From Erysipelotrichaceae bacterium (GTDB lineage: Bacteria; Bacillota_I; Bacilli_A; RFN20; CAG-826): a DNA stretch of 64,000 nucleotides. Shown here one piece after another: positions 34,606 through 44,962 of this stretch (position 1 is its first letter; every line of letters begins with the position of its first letter). Below the pieces are notes generated by a model. It did no database searches. It saw only the letters and a list, made by a program, of their open reading frames with translations, and had not been told where the DNA came from. The stretch lies in assembly GCA_963588055.1 (NCBI GenBank), contig CAVAGB010000002.1:66527-130526 (forward strand). The letters run 5' to 3'. The position numbers were made by a program, and so were the translations under genes.

Positions 34606-36240
34606 TCACATCTTCTCAGGAGCGGAGACCCCGAGGATCCCCAAGCCGTTCTCCAAGACGATTTCGCAAGCCTTTATAAGGCCTAGGCGCGAGGAGGTCA
34701 AGGGAATGTTTTCTCTGTCGATGATACGGCAAGCGGCGTAGAACTCATGGATGAGCCCGGCGAGCTTGTGGACGTAGGCTGCGGCTTTGGCGGGTTCCCT
34801 CTCCTTCGCGGCGGATTCTATCATACTCGGAAAATCGGCCAAATGTTTCAAAATCGCAAGTTCGGAAGGCTCTTTCAGCATCTTTCCGCTCATATCGATT
34901 TCGATCTCTTCGCCAAGTTTCAGCAAAGAGACGCAGCGGGCATGGGCATATTGAGAATAGAAAACGGGGTTGGAAGAGCTTTGCTCCATCGCGAGGTTAT
35001 AGTTGAAATCGAGGTGGCTCGAAGCGCTGCGCTCAACGAAGAAATAGCGTACGGCATCCACGCCCACGTCGCTTACGAGCTCGCGATGGGCGATTGCTTT
35101 GCCCGTCCTCTTGCTCATCTTCACCTCTTGCCCGTCTTTGTAGACGCGGACAACCTGCACGAATTGGGCTTCCAAAGCATCTTCGGGGTAGCCATTCATC
35201 ATCAGGGCGCTCTTCATACGGCCGATATAGCCATGATGGTCGGCGCCCAAAACATCGATCAGGTGGTCGAAGCCGCGACTCATCTTGTCATAGTGATAAC
35301 AAATGTCCGGCATGAAATAGGTGTAGAGCCCGTTCGACTTCACGATTGCGCGGTCTTTGTCGTCGATGAACTTGGTCGTCGCAAGATAAGTGGCGCCATC
35401 TTTCTCGTAGACGTAGCCTTTCTCTTTGAGCTTGGCCAAGGTCTTCTCGATGTTGCCACCTTTGCGGATGTCGCTTTCGTAGGTGACTTTGTCGAAATGG
35501 ACGCGGAAATCGCCCATATCCTTCCAAATTTTCTCCAATTCCGAATCGATGCCGAAGCGGATGAAGAAGTCATGCGATTCTTGGTCGTCTTTCAGATAGC
35601 GGTCGCCGTATTGCTCTTTGATTCTCTCGGCGATTTTGATGAGGTCTGCGCCATGATAATCGTCTTCCGCCAAGTCAAGCGGCTCGCCGAAAGCTTCGTG
35701 ATAGCGGGCGCGGATGGAATGGCCGAGATGTTCGACCTGGTTGCCGCAGTCGTTCACATAGAATTCGCGGGTGACGTCATAACCTGCCCAATCAAGCAAA
35801 GAGGAGATGACATCCCCTACCGCCGCGCAGCGCGTGTGGCCTAAATGCAAATCGCCCGTCGGGTTGGCCGAAACATATTCGATGTCGATTTTCTTCCCAT
35901 TCCTAGGCGCCCTGCCGAAAGAGTTTCCTTCTTCGAAAATCTTGGTTAAAACATCCGTCAAAGCCCCGTGTTTTAAGAAGAAGTTAATGAAGCCAGGCCC
36001 GGCTATTTCGATCTTCTCAACGTAATCGAGTGAAAGGCGGGCAGACAATTCCTCGGCGAAAGCGTGCGGAATCTTGCCAATGCGCTTAGCGAATTTCATC
36101 GCGCAGTTGGTCGCGTAATCGCCATGGGATGGGTCCTTGCTGCGTTCGATGACGATGTCGCTTTCGCTTGCTTCGATGCCGAATTCCTTCAAAGCAGGAA
36201 TCAGGCTTTGCTTCAATTTCGTTTCGTTGTCCATTTTCAT
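34606..36240 (-). CDS. argS: arginine--tRNA ligase
   Basis: The start MKMDNETKLK at 36240 forms an ATGA overlap with the ispF stop. SANPTGDLHLGH (HIGH) and KMSKRTG (KMSKS) motifs are present. The 636-aa track ORF is an artefactual extension into ispF. Confidence 0.92.
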   Translation of the reverse strand: MKMDNETKLKQSLIPALKEFGIEASESDIVIERSKDPSHGDYATNCAMKFAKRIGKIPHAFAEELSARLSLDYVEKIEIAGPGFINFFLKHGALTDVLTKIFEEGNSFGRAPRNGKKIDIEYVSANPTGDLHLGHTRCAAVGDVISSLLDWAGYDVTREFYVNDCGNQVEHLGHSIRARYHEAFGEPLDLAEDDYHGADLIKIAERIKEQYGDRYLKDDQESHDFFIRFGIDSELEKIWKDMGDFRVHFDKVTYESDIRKGGNIEKTLAKLKEKGYVYEKDGATYLATTKFIDDKDRAIVKSNGLYTYFMPDICYHYDKMSRGFDHLIDVLGADHHGYIGRMKSALMMNGYPEDALEAQFVQVVRVYKDGQEVKMSKRTGKAIAHRELVSDVGVDAVRYFFVERSASSHLDFNYNLAMEQSSSNPVFYSQYAHARCVSLLKLGEEIEIDMSGKMLKEPSELAILKHLADFPSMIESAAKEREPAKAAAYVHKLAGLIHEFYAACRIIDRENIPLTSSRLGLIKACEIVLENGLGILGVSAPEKM

Positions 36241-36725
36241 TCCCTTTCTGTGCAGACGAGCACCGCCGCTTTCGCGCGGATGCCTTCTTCGCGGCCCACT
36301 TCGCCCAGCCCTTCTTCCGTGCCGGCTTGGATGCCGATGCGCGAGACATCCACCTCCAAAAGCCTCGCGAGGTTCTCTTTCATCTCGGGCAAGAAGGCGG
36401 CGAGCTTCGGCTTCTCCGCCAAGATGATGACGTCGAGGTTCCCGACCCGGTAGCCCTTCTCTTTGACCATTCGCATGACTTCGGCGACGATATTCTGGCT
36501 GTCTGCGCCGTCCCATTTCGGGTCGTCGGTCCGGAAATAATGGCCGATGTCGCCCAAGGCGAGCGCGCCTAGCAAGGCATCGCTCACGGCGTGAAGCACC
36601 ACGTCGCCGTCGCTGTGGGCGAGGAGGCCTTTATCAAAGGGGATCTTCGCCCCGCCGAGGACGAGCTGTTTCCCTGCGACGAAGCGATGGATGTCTTCCC
36701 CGATGCCGATTCTGACGTCCATCAT
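36237..36725 (-). CDS. ispF: 2-C-methyl-D-erythritol 2,4-cyclodiphosphate synthase
   Basis: RIGIGEDIHRF...LLAHSDGDVVLHAVSDALLGA...GDIG motifs. The ATGA start overlaps the ychF stop. Confidence 0.9.
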   Translation of the reverse strand: MMDVRIGIGEDIHRFVAGKQLVLGGAKIPFDKGLLAHSDGDVVLHAVSDALLGALALGDIGHYFRTDDPKWDGADSQNIVAEVMRMVKEKGYRVGNLDVIILAEKPKLAAFLPEMKENLARLLEVDVSRIGIQAGTEEGLGEVGREEGIRAKAAVLVCTERE

Positions 36726-37837
36726 TTGGTCACGTTGAACCGGAAGAAGACGACGTCGCCGTCCTTCATCCGATAGTCCTTTCCCTCCTGACGGAGTTTG
36801 CCCGCTTCTTTCACCGCGGTTTCTGAGCCGTATTGCTTAAGGCAATCGAAATCATAAACCTCGGCTTTGATGAAGCCCTTTTGGAAATCGGTGTGGATGA
36901 TGCCCGCGCATTCGGGGGCGGTCATGCCATTTTTGAAGGTCCAGGCGCGGCACTCATCGCTCCCGCAGGTGAAGAAAGTCGAGAGGTTCAGCAGACGATA
37001 GGCGGCTTTGACGAGTTTATCGAGCCCGCTTTCCTCCGCACCGAGGGTCTCCAGGAATTCTTTTCTCTCCTGTCCGGAGAGCTGAGAAATCTCATATTCA
37101 ATTTCGCAGGATACGGGGATGCACTGGGCGCCTTGCCCTTCCGCGATCTTCTTGACCGTCTGATAGTATTTGCAATTATCAAGGTCCGCGTAATCGGAGT
37201 CGGCAACGTTAGCGACGTAAATGATGGGCTTGGCGGAAAGAAGGAAGAAGTTCTTGCGCGCATATTCCTTTTGCTCATCGTTTAGGTCAGGGCAGGTGCG
37301 AGCGGGTTTTCCCTCGCCGAGCCACTTCTCAAGGGGCGCGAGGATGGCCATCTCGTATTGGGCGACTTTATCGTGGGCGACCCTGGCTTTGATGCCTTGC
37401 TTGCCTGAACGCGCGACAACGCTTTCATAATCGGCCATGGAAAGTTCGAGGTCGATGATATTGATGTCCCTTTCCGGGTCCACTGAAGCTTCGACGTGGG
37501 TGATCTCATTCGAATCGAAGCAGCGGACGACCTCGCAGATCGCATCGCATTCGCGTATCGCGGCCAGGAACTGGTTGCCGAGACCCTCCCCTTTGGAAGC
37601 GCCCTTGACCAAACCGGCGATATCATAGAAATCGAAGGTGGCGGCGACTCTTTTCGCCGGGCGGAACATATCGCAAAGGAAATCGAGCCTCTCATCGGGG
37701 ACAGTCACAACCCCCGTGTTGGGGTTGATGGTCGCGAAAGGATAATTGGCGGCTTCTACGTGCGAGTTGGTGATTGCATTGAACAAGGTTGATTTTCCGA
37801 CGTTCGGCAAACCGACGATTCCGGCTTTTAATGGCAT
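36722..37837 (-). CDS. ychF: ribosome-binding ATPase YchF
   Basis: [16 protein letters not shown], the C-terminal TGS-like domain and RAWTF...[15 protein letters not shown]. Confidence 0.92.
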   Translation of the reverse strand: MPLKAGIVGLPNVGKSTLFNAITNSHVEAANYPFATINPNTGVVTVPDERLDFLCDMFRPAKRVAATFDFYDIAGLVKGASKGEGLGNQFLAAIRECDAICEVVRCFDSNEITHVEASVDPERDINIIDLELSMADYESVVARSGKQGIKARVAHDKVAQYEMAILAPLEKWLGEGKPARTCPDLNDEQKEYARKNFFLLSAKPIIYVANVADSDYADLDNCKYYQTVKKIAEGQGAQCIPVSCEIEYEISQLSGQERKEFLETLGAEESGLDKLVKAAYRLLNLSTFFTCGSDECRAWTFKNGMTAPECAGIIHTDFQKGFIKAEVYDFDCLKQYGSETAVKEAGKLRQEGKDYRMKDGDVVFFRFNVTK

Positions 37838-37898
37838 AGTACTACTTCCTTGGGATTGGCTGGATAATTCTAACGCGCAGCGCGCGTGTGAGAAAGGG

Positions 37899-37928
37899 TA
37901 AAAAAAGCCCCCGAAACGTTCCGGAGGC
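37899..37928 (-). terminator. intrinsic terminator after csp
   Basis: The minus strand reads GCCTCCGgaacgtttCGGGGGC followed by TTTTTTT. Confidence 0.6.
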
Positions 37929-37947
37929 GTTACCTGCTAGGTAAGAA

Positions 37948-38148
37948 TTAGTCGACTTTTTTGACGTTCTTAGCGCGTAGCCCACGATTCGACTCTTCAA
38001 CCTCGAACTCTACATGCTCGCCGGGTTCGGCGATCTTGTAGTTGTCCATCAGAAGAGCGGAATAGTGGAAGAAGTAGTCCTGGTTGTCTTCAGCGGTGAT
38101 GAAACCATAACCCTTCTCTTTGTTGAACATTTTGACTGTTCCCTTCAT
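37948..38148 (-). CDS. cold-shock protein (CspA family)
   Basis: MKGTVKMFNKEKGYGFI (RNP1) plus DYFFHYS (RNP2). An AGGAG SD lies 6 nt upstream of the ATG at 38148. Confidence 0.9.
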   Translation of the reverse strand: MKGTVKMFNKEKGYGFITAEDNQDYFFHYSALLMDNYKIAEPGEHVEFEVEESNRGLRAKNVKKVD

Positions 38149-38238
38149 GAGACTCCTAACCTTCCTAGCCAACGCCTAAAAGGTATTTTGGCCGTAGGAA
38201 ATGGTATCACTTTTCATCATGGAATGAGCAAAGCAATT

Positions 38239-41025
38239 TCACCAAAGTTTTCTTTTCCTCATCCGCAGGAAAATCGTCAATAAAACAAGGAGCGAGAATA
38301 GCAAAGCTGAGCCACACATGGAGAGAATCGGCTCCCAAGAAATGCGGAAGGATGACGAGCCGCCGAGTTCTTCCTTAAGGTAGAGCGAGACCACGAATTC
38401 CAGGATGATCATCGAGACGATCGAGGAGAGCAAAGCCCCTAGCGTGGACACCAAGGTATGGCAGAAGAGGGACTTGCAGATGTCGGAGCGGCTCGCTCCA
38501 AGGGCAAAGAGAAGGCGATTCTCCTTCTCATTCTCTTTGATGGTGATCCCCAAGACGACCATGAAAAGAAGGCAAGACATCAAAAACGAGAAAGCCGAGA
38601 AACAGATTAAGACCTCTTTAATGTAGCCAAGAGACTCCTCGATTGTGGAAGATACCTCGAGGCTAGGAGAGGTGAAACGATAGGCCGGGTAATCCCGATT
38701 GAGCTTATCGATAAGAGATGATATATCTGTATCTGAACTGACTTGGAAAACGGCACCCGTGGGTTCCAAAAGGAAGGGATCGGCGTCCAAAGAGAAGAAA
38801 TAGAAGTCGGCCGACCAATCGCTTGGCAGATAGATCGTCTCGCTTTGTTCTTCTTTCACCCCCACGACTTTGAGGCAGGAAGAGGTGAAAGTGCGGTCAT
38901 AGAAGTCCTCGTTTTCCTCCGCGGAGACCTCTCCCGCGACGTAGACCTCCTCAGGGCGGCCCCAAGTCTCATACAGCGCGCTGGAGAGCCCTATCTCCTC
39001 AAAGGAAGAAGGCTTGTTTCCTTGCGAAAACCCTTCACAATCGTAACTTAAACGGGGTTTTGCGGAGTTTTCGTATATATAAGCGTCGCGACAAGCGCTA
39101 GGCAGATCGACGGAGGCGTCCTTCTGCGAATAAGGCAGCCTCGCATAGGTTTCCGAGACGTCGATGACCTCGCTTTCGTTTGGGGAGAAAAACAGATGGG
39201 TAGCCATGCCGGTGAGGACGGAATCGTTTGAGGCGAAAATGCCGACGCTTGAGACGATGTCCCTCCCGATGATCCCCTCATCGCTTTCGGTTATGGTGGC
39301 GATCTCCTCCCAAGAAGGCCCGCTCTTGTCGCAAGAGAAAACATATAGACGCGTGTAAGGCGATTGGTCTCCCTCTTCCAGCAAAGAGGCCAAGAAGAGG
39401 CTGCTTGCCTTCTCGAAGACCAGGTTCTTCCTCTTCTCATCGTGTCTGATGAGCTTCAGGAATTCCGAGGGGTGTTTGGAGAATTCGATGTAAGGGACTT
39501 CGTAGATCGCTTGAGGGGAGGAGGAGTCGCCCATCTTCGCGGGCTTGAAGTTCATCCTCTCAACGAGGATCTCCCTCGCCCAAAGATGGTCCCAATGGAA
39601 AATCGTGTTCTTCTTCGTTTGAGTCACCCCCACCAAAGTGAACATCTGCTCGTCCTGAAAACCCCATTCCGTATGGCTCGCGTTCACGACGACCGTCAAA
39701 GGATTTTCGTCTAGATATGTCCCGAGGCTTTCGAAAGAGCGCTCGATCCCAAGCCCCGAGCAAAGTTGGAACATGTTCGCGTAAGTCAGCCCAAAAGCCA
39801 CGTCGTCCCAATCCATCGTCGAAGGGGTGGTCGGATAGAAAACTGCCTCGCGATTGCAATCGAGCCATTGATAATCGTTGATCGAACGCATTGTGAAGCC
39901 TTGCAAGCGAATGCTCTTTGATCCTTGGATGGCGTAGAAGTCATTGTCATCGCAGAACCACTCCTCGAAATTGAGAAGGTAGCTCGCCCCATAATCGATC
40001 ACCAGGTTCTGATAGTCGTTGCAGAGCGAACGCATCCCTTCGAGGTCGTAGGCGTAGACATTTGAGACGGAGGTGGAAGACTCCTTCCTTTTACCCATGA
40101 CGATCTGATTCTCCGGAACGATGGAAGACAAAGAGGAATTCAATTGCTTGGAAAGGGAGGAGGAGAGAAAGAAAGAGAGCCCAATGCCAATCAAACCGAA
40201 GCAAATGGAGGCTTCGGTGACGATGGATCGCCACTTCTTGTGCCTCAATAAGTGAAAAGCGTGCTTCAGCAAAGCGAGGAAAGGAAAGCGAGGAGGTTGC
40301 CTTTCTTCCGCCAAAGCCATTTTGGCATGCGCGGTTTTCGCTTTGTCTTGCTTAGGCTCAACGAAGGAAGAGAGTTCGCCATCGTCGAGTTTCAATATCC
40401 CTTCGCAATAGGAAGAAAGCATCTCCTCGTCGTGGCTCACCACCACAACCAGGCACCTTGATGACAGTTTCCGCAGGATCTCAAACACTTTGATGGCATT
40501 CTCCTTGTCCAAAGCGGCCGTCGGCTCATCGAGAAGCAAAATGGAAGGGTTGTTGATCATGGCTCTAGCGATTGCGACCCTTTGTTTCTCTCCGCCCGAA
40601 AGCGTGGAGACGACCCTTTTCTTGAGTCCGCCTAGACCGACCCCATTAAGGGCCTCCTGCACCTTCTGCTTTTTGATGCGCTTGGAACAATCGAAGCATG
40701 CTGACAAAGGAAGAAGCAGATTCTCCTCCACCGTCTCCAACTCAAGTAGGTTGAATTGCTGAAACACATACCCGATGCGTCTCAATCGATAATGGGCTTT
40801 CTTGGTCTCGTCCCACGCTTTGGGATTCTTCCCGAAAAGTCGGTACTCTCCTCCGTAATCGTTGTCGAGGAGGGAAAGGATGTTCAGCAAAGTGCTTTTC
40901 CCGCAGCCCGATGCCCCAGCGATGCCATAAAGGCCTTTTGGGGGGAGAGAGAAGCTCACTTCTTTGAGCACTTTGCGTTCCCCGAAAGAACGGATGAGCT
41001 TTTTGCAGACGATTCCCTCACTCAT
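38239..41025 (-). CDS. fused ABC ATPase / FtsX-type permease (MacB-like architecture), large extracytoplasmic domain
   Basis: N-terminal NBD (GASGCGKSTLLN, LSGGEKQRVAIARA, LLLDEPTAALD), a TM helix near residue 260, a loop of about 500 aa and 3 C-terminal TM helices. Confidence 0.8.
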   Translation of the reverse strand: MSEGIVCKKLIRSFGERKVLKEVSFSLPPKGLYGIAGASGCGKSTLLNILSLLDNDYGGEYRLFGKNPKAWDETKKAHYRLRRIGYVFQQFNLLELETVEENLLLPLSACFDCSKRIKKQKVQEALNGVGLGGLKKRVVSTLSGGEKQRVAIARAMINNPSILLLDEPTAALDKENAIKVFEILRKLSSRCLVVVVSHDEEMLSSYCEGILKLDDGELSSFVEPKQDKAKTAHAKMALAEERQPPRFPFLALLKHAFHLLRHKKWRSIVTEASICFGLIGIGLSFFLSSSLSKQLNSSLSSIVPENQIVMGKRKESSTSVSNVYAYDLEGMRSLCNDYQNLVIDYGASYLLNFEEWFCDDNDFYAIQGSKSIRLQGFTMRSINDYQWLDCNREAVFYPTTPSTMDWDDVAFGLTYANMFQLCSGLGIERSFESLGTYLDENPLTVVVNASHTEWGFQDEQMFTLVGVTQTKKNTIFHWDHLWAREILVERMNFKPAKMGDSSSPQAIYEVPYIEFSKHPSEFLKLIRHDEKRKNLVFEKASSLFLASLLEEGDQSPYTRLYVFSCDKSGPSWEEIATITESDEGIIGRDIVSSVGIFASNDSVLTGMATHLFFSPNESEVIDVSETYARLPYSQKDASVDLPSACRDAYIYENSAKPRLSYDCEGFSQGNKPSSFEEIGLSSALYETWGRPEEVYVAGEVSAEENEDFYDRTFTSSCLKVVGVKEEQSETIYLPSDWSADFYFFSLDADPFLLEPTGAVFQVSSDTDISSLIDKLNRDYPAYRFTSPSLEVSSTIEESLGYIKEVLICFSAFSFLMSCLLFMVVLGITIKENEKENRLLFALGASRSDICKSLFCHTLVSTLGALLSSIVSMIILEFVVSLYLKEELGGSSSFRISWEPILSMCGSALLFSLLVLLTIFLRMRKRKLW

Positions 41026-43054
41026 CGCGCAGCTCCTCGCTTAGGTTGGCCGCATTCGCCCGAAGCAACGGGAAAAGGCAGCAAAGAAGGTTGAAGAGAA
41101 CGGAAAAAGCCATAACGATCATGGGGATGAGCAAAGGGATGCCAAGGTAATTGAGCAAAGGGATATCGATGAGGCCCTCAAGCCCGAATTTGCTTTGGAA
41201 AAGCGCGTTGCCCCCATAGGAGGCCAAAGGGCATACCAGCAAAGATATCAGCCCAGAGACCAAGCCCGAAAGCAGGGCTTCCAGATAGGATATCGAATCG
41301 ACCTGGCTTCTAAACGCGCCCAAAGAAATGAGGATTGCCCTCTCCTTTCTCTCTTCTAGGAACGAGGAATAATTGCTCATTCCCATCACGACCGCCACCG
41401 AAATCAAAGAAATCAAGGTGAAGGCGAACAAGGACCAGGTCGTCCCCTTCGAAAGCAAAGAGAAGCTCTCTACAGCAGTGGCCACATTGCTCGAGGCGAT
41501 GATTCCCTCCTCTTTGGAAGAACATAGCGCGCATAGTTCATCAGCGTCTTCATAGGTCGAACAAAAGGCGTAACGAGAGAAGGCGCTGTAGGAAGAGTTG
41601 TCTTTCGCTTGGTCGACATAGTCGTAAATGCTGATCCCACCAGGAAGCTCCTTCTCTTTGAAATAACTCTCGAAAGCGGAGTAAGAATAATAGATTTTCG
41701 GGGTGCTCATAAAGGGAAAATCCTTGACGATTTTCATGATTTCAAATTCAAAATCCCCGTAAAAAGCCTCTATTTTTCCATCCGATTGCTCAATTTCATA
41801 AGAATATGGAACGCGGATGGAATCCCCTAACGATATCTCCGCATAGCGTTCCGCGAAGGCCTCATTGACGAAGCAAAACTCGGTGCGGTCGGCCAGCCCT
41901 CCCTCTTCTCCCCAAAGCAATGGATCTTCGAAAGAAAGGACGGGATAAAGCGAAACGGGATCTTGGTTCTCCTCGTTGTAAACAAAGACGGAGGCTTCGG
42001 GGAGGAAGTAAGAGAAATCCAGGCGGATGTCGGCTTTGATGTCGCCAAGCATATCGAGGCATTCGTTGATGGACGGCCGCCGCGTCTCGATGAGGCTGAG
42101 TGGAGAAGAGGCGACGCTGACTTTGCTTTCTTCCTGCAGGCGTATCGTCCTGTAGTCGAAGGCGCTCCTCGCCTGCTTGCTCACCGCCGCTTCATTCCCC
42201 TTGAAATAGCCAAAGCTCAATAGCCCCGCGACAATCCCAAGGGAGGCGGTGAGAAGGCAAATCGCGTTCTTCAGGAAATGCTTTTTTAGGTTCTTTTTCA
42301 GGAAGGCTCCTTGCCATCCTTTTCCTCCGGCCTTTCCCCCGGACAATTTCCAAGGAGCTTTCTCCTTTTGGAAGTTTGGGCAAGGCTCGCCTATCTTCCA
42401 TTGCCAATCCACATAACGATCGAGCAGCTTCTGGTTATGGCTTACGATGATGACCAGACGTTTCTTCGATATTTCCTTGAGGATGCTCATCACTTTTTCG
42501 GATGATCTTTCGTCAAGCGCCCCAGTCGGCTCGTCGCAAAGCAAGATGTGAGGGTCGTTGATCAGGGCTCTGCAGATAGCGATCCTCTGCTTCTCGCCCC
42601 CTGAGCAGGAGCCGGCGCTTTGCCTTTCCTTCCCGGCCAAACCGACATGGTCCAAGAGAGTTCTTGCCTCCGCCTCGGCTTTCTTTCTGCTGCCCGCGGC
42701 GAAAAGGCGCGGCAACGTGACGTTTTGCAGGACGCTGAGATAATCGATCAGGTTATAATGCTGGAACACCAGGCCCACCGCTCTCTGACGATAGACGGCC
42801 AATTCGTTGCCCGAAAAACTTGTCAGATCCTTCTTCCCGACGAAGATCTTTCCCTCGCTTGGCTTGCTGAGCCCTGAGAGCAAAGAAAGGAAAGTGCTTT
42901 TCCCGCAGCCCGAAGGCCCGCTGACGGCGAAGAACCCTTTGGAAGGCAGAGAAAGATTCACGTGACGAAAAAGCCAGCGTTTGCCCTTGCCGTCGCTCAC
43001 CCATTTGCCTATGTTCTTAAGAACGATCGAGGCCAAAGAAAATCCCTCCTTCAC
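41018..43054 (-). CDS. fused ABC ATPase / FtsX-type permease (MacB-like), partner of 38239-41025
   Basis: NBD (GPSGCGKSTFLS, CSGGEKQRIAICRA, LLCDEPTGALD) followed by TM, a loop and 3 TM helices. It overlaps the downstream paralogue by 8 nt. Confidence 0.8.
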   Translation of the reverse strand: MKEGFSLASIVLKNIGKWVSDGKGKRWLFRHVNLSLPSKGFFAVSGPSGCGKSTFLSLLSGLSKPSEGKIFVGKKDLTSFSGNELAVYRQRAVGLVFQHYNLIDYLSVLQNVTLPRLFAAGSRKKAEAEARTLLDHVGLAGKERQSAGSCSGGEKQRIAICRALINDPHILLCDEPTGALDERSSEKVMSILKEISKKRLVIIVSHNQKLLDRYVDWQWKIGEPCPNFQKEKAPWKLSGGKAGGKGWQGAFLKKNLKKHFLKNAICLLTASLGIVAGLLSFGYFKGNEAAVSKQARSAFDYRTIRLQEESKVSVASSPLSLIETRRPSINECLDMLGDIKADIRLDFSYFLPEASVFVYNEENQDPVSLYPVLSFEDPLLWGEEGGLADRTEFCFVNEAFAERYAEISLGDSIRVPYSYEIEQSDGKIEAFYGDFEFEIMKIVKDFPFMSTPKIYYSYSAFESYFKEKELPGGISIYDYVDQAKDNSSYSAFSRYAFCSTYEDADELCALCSSKEEGIIASSNVATAVESFSLLSKGTTWSLFAFTLISLISVAVVMGMSNYSSFLEERKERAILISLGAFRSQVDSISYLEALLSGLVSGLISLLVCPLASYGGNALFQSKFGLEGLIDIPLLNYLGIPLLIPMIVMAFSVLFNLLCCLFPLLRANAANLSEELRDE

Positions 43055-43084
43055 CTTAGTAATAAAAGCGAATGAGGGTTTTTC

Positions 43085-43303
43085 TTAATCTTTGCTCAAT
43101 ATTTTGGAATGATGAGCGATGATTTTTTTCAGTTTCTTGTTGAAGGCGTCGCGGTCCATCATGATCACGTTGCCGCAGCCCAAGCATTGGATTTTGACAT
43201 CAGCCCCAACGCGAACGACTTGAAAACGTTTTGAGCGAGCGGAGCAAGGATGAGGACGCTTCATCTCCACTTCATCGTAAAGGGAGAGCGGTTCGTTCAC
43301 CAC
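43085..43303 (-). CDS. DUF951-family small protein
   Basis: 72 aa. MKRPHPCS...FQVVRVGADVKIQCLGCGNVIMMDRDAFNKKLKK matches my memory of DUF951. Confidence 0.6.
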   Translation of the reverse strand: MVNEPLSLYDEVEMKRPHPCSARSKRFQVVRVGADVKIQCLGCGNVIMMDRDAFNKKLKKIIAHHSKILSKD

Positions 43304-44913
43304 GGAAGATCCTCCATCTTAACGGCTGCCGGAACCTTCGGAAGACCGGGCATCGTGAGGATCTTGCCCGTTAAGGGAATCACGAAGTTCGCCCCTGCGG
43401 AGAGATTCACCTCGCGGATAGTCATCGTAAACCCTTCCGGCGTGCCGAGGAGTTTGGCATCATCAGAGAAACTCGATGGCGTTTTGGCCATGCAGATATA
43501 GGCATCACCGTACCCCATGCGATCGTACATGGCAAGCTGCTGTTCGGCTTTTTCTTCATATACGACGGACCCAGCATGATAAATTTCGCCGCAAATCTTG
43601 GCTATTTTCTCTTTTAATGGCGCTTTCAGGTCATAAAGAGGATGGTAATTGCTTGGAGTGCTTTCCAAAACGGACTTAACCTTCTTAGCGAGATCGATTG
43701 CCCCATCTCCCCCTTCCAGATAGACATCTGCGAAGGAATGGGGATAGCCATTCTCCTCGCACCACTTCTCCAGGAAGGCGACTTCCTTCTCGCTGTCTTG
43801 AGCGAAATGGTTGATTGCGACGACGACCGGGACGCCGAACTTTTTGATGTTCTCAAGATGCCGCTGAAGATTCCCAACCCCGTTTTTGAGGGCTTCTACG
43901 TTTTCGTTGGCGAGATCTTCAAAAGCCATGCCCCCATGCATTTTGAGGGCGCGGATCGTCGCGACCATGACCACGCAATCGGGATGGAAGTTTCCTTCCC
44001 GGCATTTGATGTCGAGGAACTTCTCCGCTCCTAAATCCGCTCCGAATCCCGCTTCGGTGATCGTGATAGGAGCAAGCTTCAAAGACAGCTGCGTCGCCAA
44101 GATGGAATTGCAGCCGTGGGCGATGTTGGCGAACGGCCCGCCATGGACAAGGACGGGATTGTTCTCAAGTGTTTGGACGAGATTCGGCTTAAGGGCCTCT
44201 TTCATAAGGCGCATCACCGCATGGGTCACTTTGAGGTCCTTCACGGTGATGGGCTTGCCCGCTTTGCTATATGCGACGATGATTTTTTCGACTCGCGACA
44301 AGAAGTCCTCCTCGCTTTTTGCAAGGCAAAGAATCGCCATGAGCTCGCTTGCGACGGTGATGACGAAAGAGGAATGATGGGGCGTGGCTTTCGGGTCGTT
44401 CTCAGCGACCTCGATGTCGCGCAGAGCGCGGTCGTTCATATCCATCGCCCGGCTCCAAACGATACGGTCTGGGTCGATGTCCAATGGATTCCCTTGGTAT
44501 ATCGAGTTGTCGATGACGGCAGAGATAAGGTTGATTGAGGAGGTCAACGCATGCATGTCCCCCGTAAAATGGAGATTGATGTCCTCGCTTGGGGCTATAG
44601 AAGCCTTGCCTCCGCCCGTTGCTCCGCCTTTTAGTCCGAAGACTGGCCCAAGAGAAGGCTCCCTCAGGCAAAGCAGCGCCTTCTGCCCTATTTTTCCAAA
44701 ACCTTCGGTTAGTCCGATGGAGATGGTTGTCTTCCCTTCGCCCGCTTTCGTCGGAGTGATCGCGGTCACTAAAACGAGTTTCCCGTTCGGTTTGTCTTTC
44801 AATGACTCATACACGTTCGGGTTTATCTTGGCTTTGTATTTGCCATACATCTCGATGTCGTCCTCAGACAAATCGAGTTTCTTGGCGATCTCGTTGATTT
44901 TCAAAAGAGACAT
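43297..44913 (-). CDS. fhs: formate--tetrahydrofolate ligase
   Basis: 538 aa with TPTKAGEGKTT, GGPFANIAHGCNS and EAGFGADLGAEKF motifs. Confidence 0.92.
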   Translation of the reverse strand: MSLLKINEIAKKLDLSEDDIEMYGKYKAKINPNVYESLKDKPNGKLVLVTAITPTKAGEGKTTISIGLTEGFGKIGQKALLCLREPSLGPVFGLKGGATGGGKASIAPSEDINLHFTGDMHALTSSINLISAVIDNSIYQGNPLDIDPDRIVWSRAMDMNDRALRDIEVAENDPKATPHHSSFVITVASELMAILCLAKSEEDFLSRVEKIIVAYSKAGKPITVKDLKVTHAVMRLMKEALKPNLVQTLENNPVLVHGGPFANIAHGCNSILATQLSLKLAPITITEAGFGADLGAEKFLDIKCREGNFHPDCVVMVATIRALKMHGGMAFEDLANENVEALKNGVGNLQRHLENIKKFGVPVVVAINHFAQDSEKEVAFLEKWCEENGYPHSFADVYLEGGDGAIDLAKKVKSVLESTPSNYHPLYDLKAPLKEKIAKICGEIYHAGSVVYEEKAEQQLAMYDRMGYGDAYICMAKTPSSFSDDAKLLGTPEGFTMTIREVNLSAGANFVIPLTGKILTMPGLPKVPAAVKMEDLPW

Positions 44914-44962
44914 AACAAGGCTCCTCCTGTCGAATTCCCTAAATTATCCTTTCCTTTTCCGA

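Noticed and set aside
34747-35844. 365-aa ORF antisense to argS
   Set aside because: Same shadow-ORF explanation. argS carries the HIGH and KMSKS motifs on the opposite strand.
36241-36516. N-terminal 91-aa extension of the argS ORF (Arg/Gly/Pro-rich)
   Set aside because: It overlaps ispF out of frame. ArgS homology begins at MKMDNETK, whose ATG forms an ATGA junction with the ispF stop.
44914-44962. THF or other riboswitch upstream of fhs
   Set aside because: The gap is only 49 bp, which is too short for any known aptamer.
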